From Octopus bimaculoides (lineage: Eukaryota): DNA of 63,640 nt. The position numbers and the translations under genes were made by a program. The notes under the pieces are model-generated. The model was not told where the DNA came from and did no database searches. It saw only the letters and a list, made by a program, of their open reading frames with translations. Location of the stretch: the NCBI RefSeq assembly GCF_001194135.2, contig NC_068999.1, positions 52,047,590 to 52,111,229 of the forward strand, given 5' to 3'. Within the stretch, counting starts at the first letter, position 1; every line of letters starts with the position of its first letter. This document shows positions 62,446-63,640 of the stretch, piece by piece.

Positions 62446-63380
62446 CTGACAAAGTAAACACCAAATGAACAATAGCCAGAATCTCATACCTTGAATTTCT
62501 AAGATGACAATAATAACAAATCTTCTAATCAGTCTTATCTGTAAAATTTTGACTCTACTTTTCAGTCACATCCAGATGTAACCATTGTTCACTCTCTAAT
62601 ATCACAGAAAATCTACTTCTCACTATATGTACTGATTCAACGTTAAGATGTCACACATGCTAGGTTCTTTTAATATGTATTTAACCAAGACTTTTGCCCA
62701 GTTACATTACCAAAATTGTTTACATTTCCTTAAGAACATAAACTAACATCCATGGAGCAGCTTAGGTACAGGTTCTTAATCTTTCCATGAAACCTTCAAC
62801 AAAACTGCTATTTAAAGCTCTTATTACAAATCAAGTATCTCTGGTCACACAATTTATGTGAAAGTAAAATTTAAAAAGCTTAATATGATAATTTCCTAAA
62901 CTCCAGAATGTCATTACAATATGCATCTGAGTAAGGTACATGATCCTTCTTCCTCCTCCAGATTGTCTGACAGACTTACAGTTATGCTAAGTATAACCAT
63001 AATGTAAACAGTAAAAACTATAGTCATAATAAAATTGCAACATGTATAGAATAAGAGCCAAATCGAATATTTACTTTTGGATGACAACCTTAATATCATG
63101 CAACTTCTCATTTCAAGTGAGTTGGCCGGGGCAACAATAACACAATTAAAGATAAATAGTATTAATGATAATAATTTTTATTATTGGTCACAAGGGCCCA
63201 AGATGTAAGGAAGAGTAAAAATGAGAAATACATAAGAAAACAACAAACAAGAAGCAGTGAGAAGGATACATCAAGTAAAAGGATGGTATTAGCAATTATC
63301 ATAAAGACACATCAGTAAATAGATAACAATAGCAATGATACATCACACAACAAAATAAAAATGAATATGTATGTGTGTGT

Positions 63381-63417
<37 letters not shown>

Positions 63418-63432
63418 CTATATACTATAATG

Positions 63433-63477
<45 letters not shown>

Positions 63478-63640
63478 CATTGCAAACGATGAATGAAATA
63501 AACATGAAATGAAAAAATTGTATGAATAAAAGGGCATTACTACAGATGTATATGCCCCCAACTTTGTTGCCTCATGACATCCAGAAAAATGGATACTTTT
63601 TAACAAAATTTTCTACAAATACCGCTTAGAAGTTGTGGCT

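Noticed and set aside
62490-62498. 9-nt HSD17B4 micro-exon (ag|aaattcaag|gtatga)
   Set aside because: It would leave a 44-nt intron, and it does not resemble the expected upstream exon.

Overview
AT-rich eukaryotic scaffold with six N-gaps and many microsatellites. The SINE, RTE-tail and MITE families look like those of Octopus (inference from recalled repeat sequences; not verified). Left to right: (1) three paralogous serpins with uninterrupted CDS: copies 1 and 2 on + (305-1459, 5816-6970) and copy 3 on - (10713-11928, reactive loop hidden in a gap); (2) a complete 11-exon SKP2 gene on + (16443-29126, 472 aa, all phases compatible); (3) a repeat-rich 15 kb interval that may hold an unannotated small minus-strand gene; (4) the last nine exons of HSD17B4/MFE-2 on - (62445 to 43919; hydratase-2 and SCP2 domains; the 5' part lies beyond the window). 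Most notable: serpins 1 and 2 are about 99% identical over the 5' 700 nt but differ at all 10 reactive-loop residues P7-P3' (predicted P1 Tyr vs Cys). A 1-nt indel plus an ATG/ATA swap may switch copies between secreted and cytosolic forms. Three unrelated degenerate hammerhead-ribozyme motifs are present, one as an inverted pair in the serpin-1 3' UTR. A SINE insertion carries a locally templated inverted segment inside an 18-bp target duplication. No CRISPR, rRNA or true tRNA genes were seen. Coordinates and mismatch counts were read by eye.
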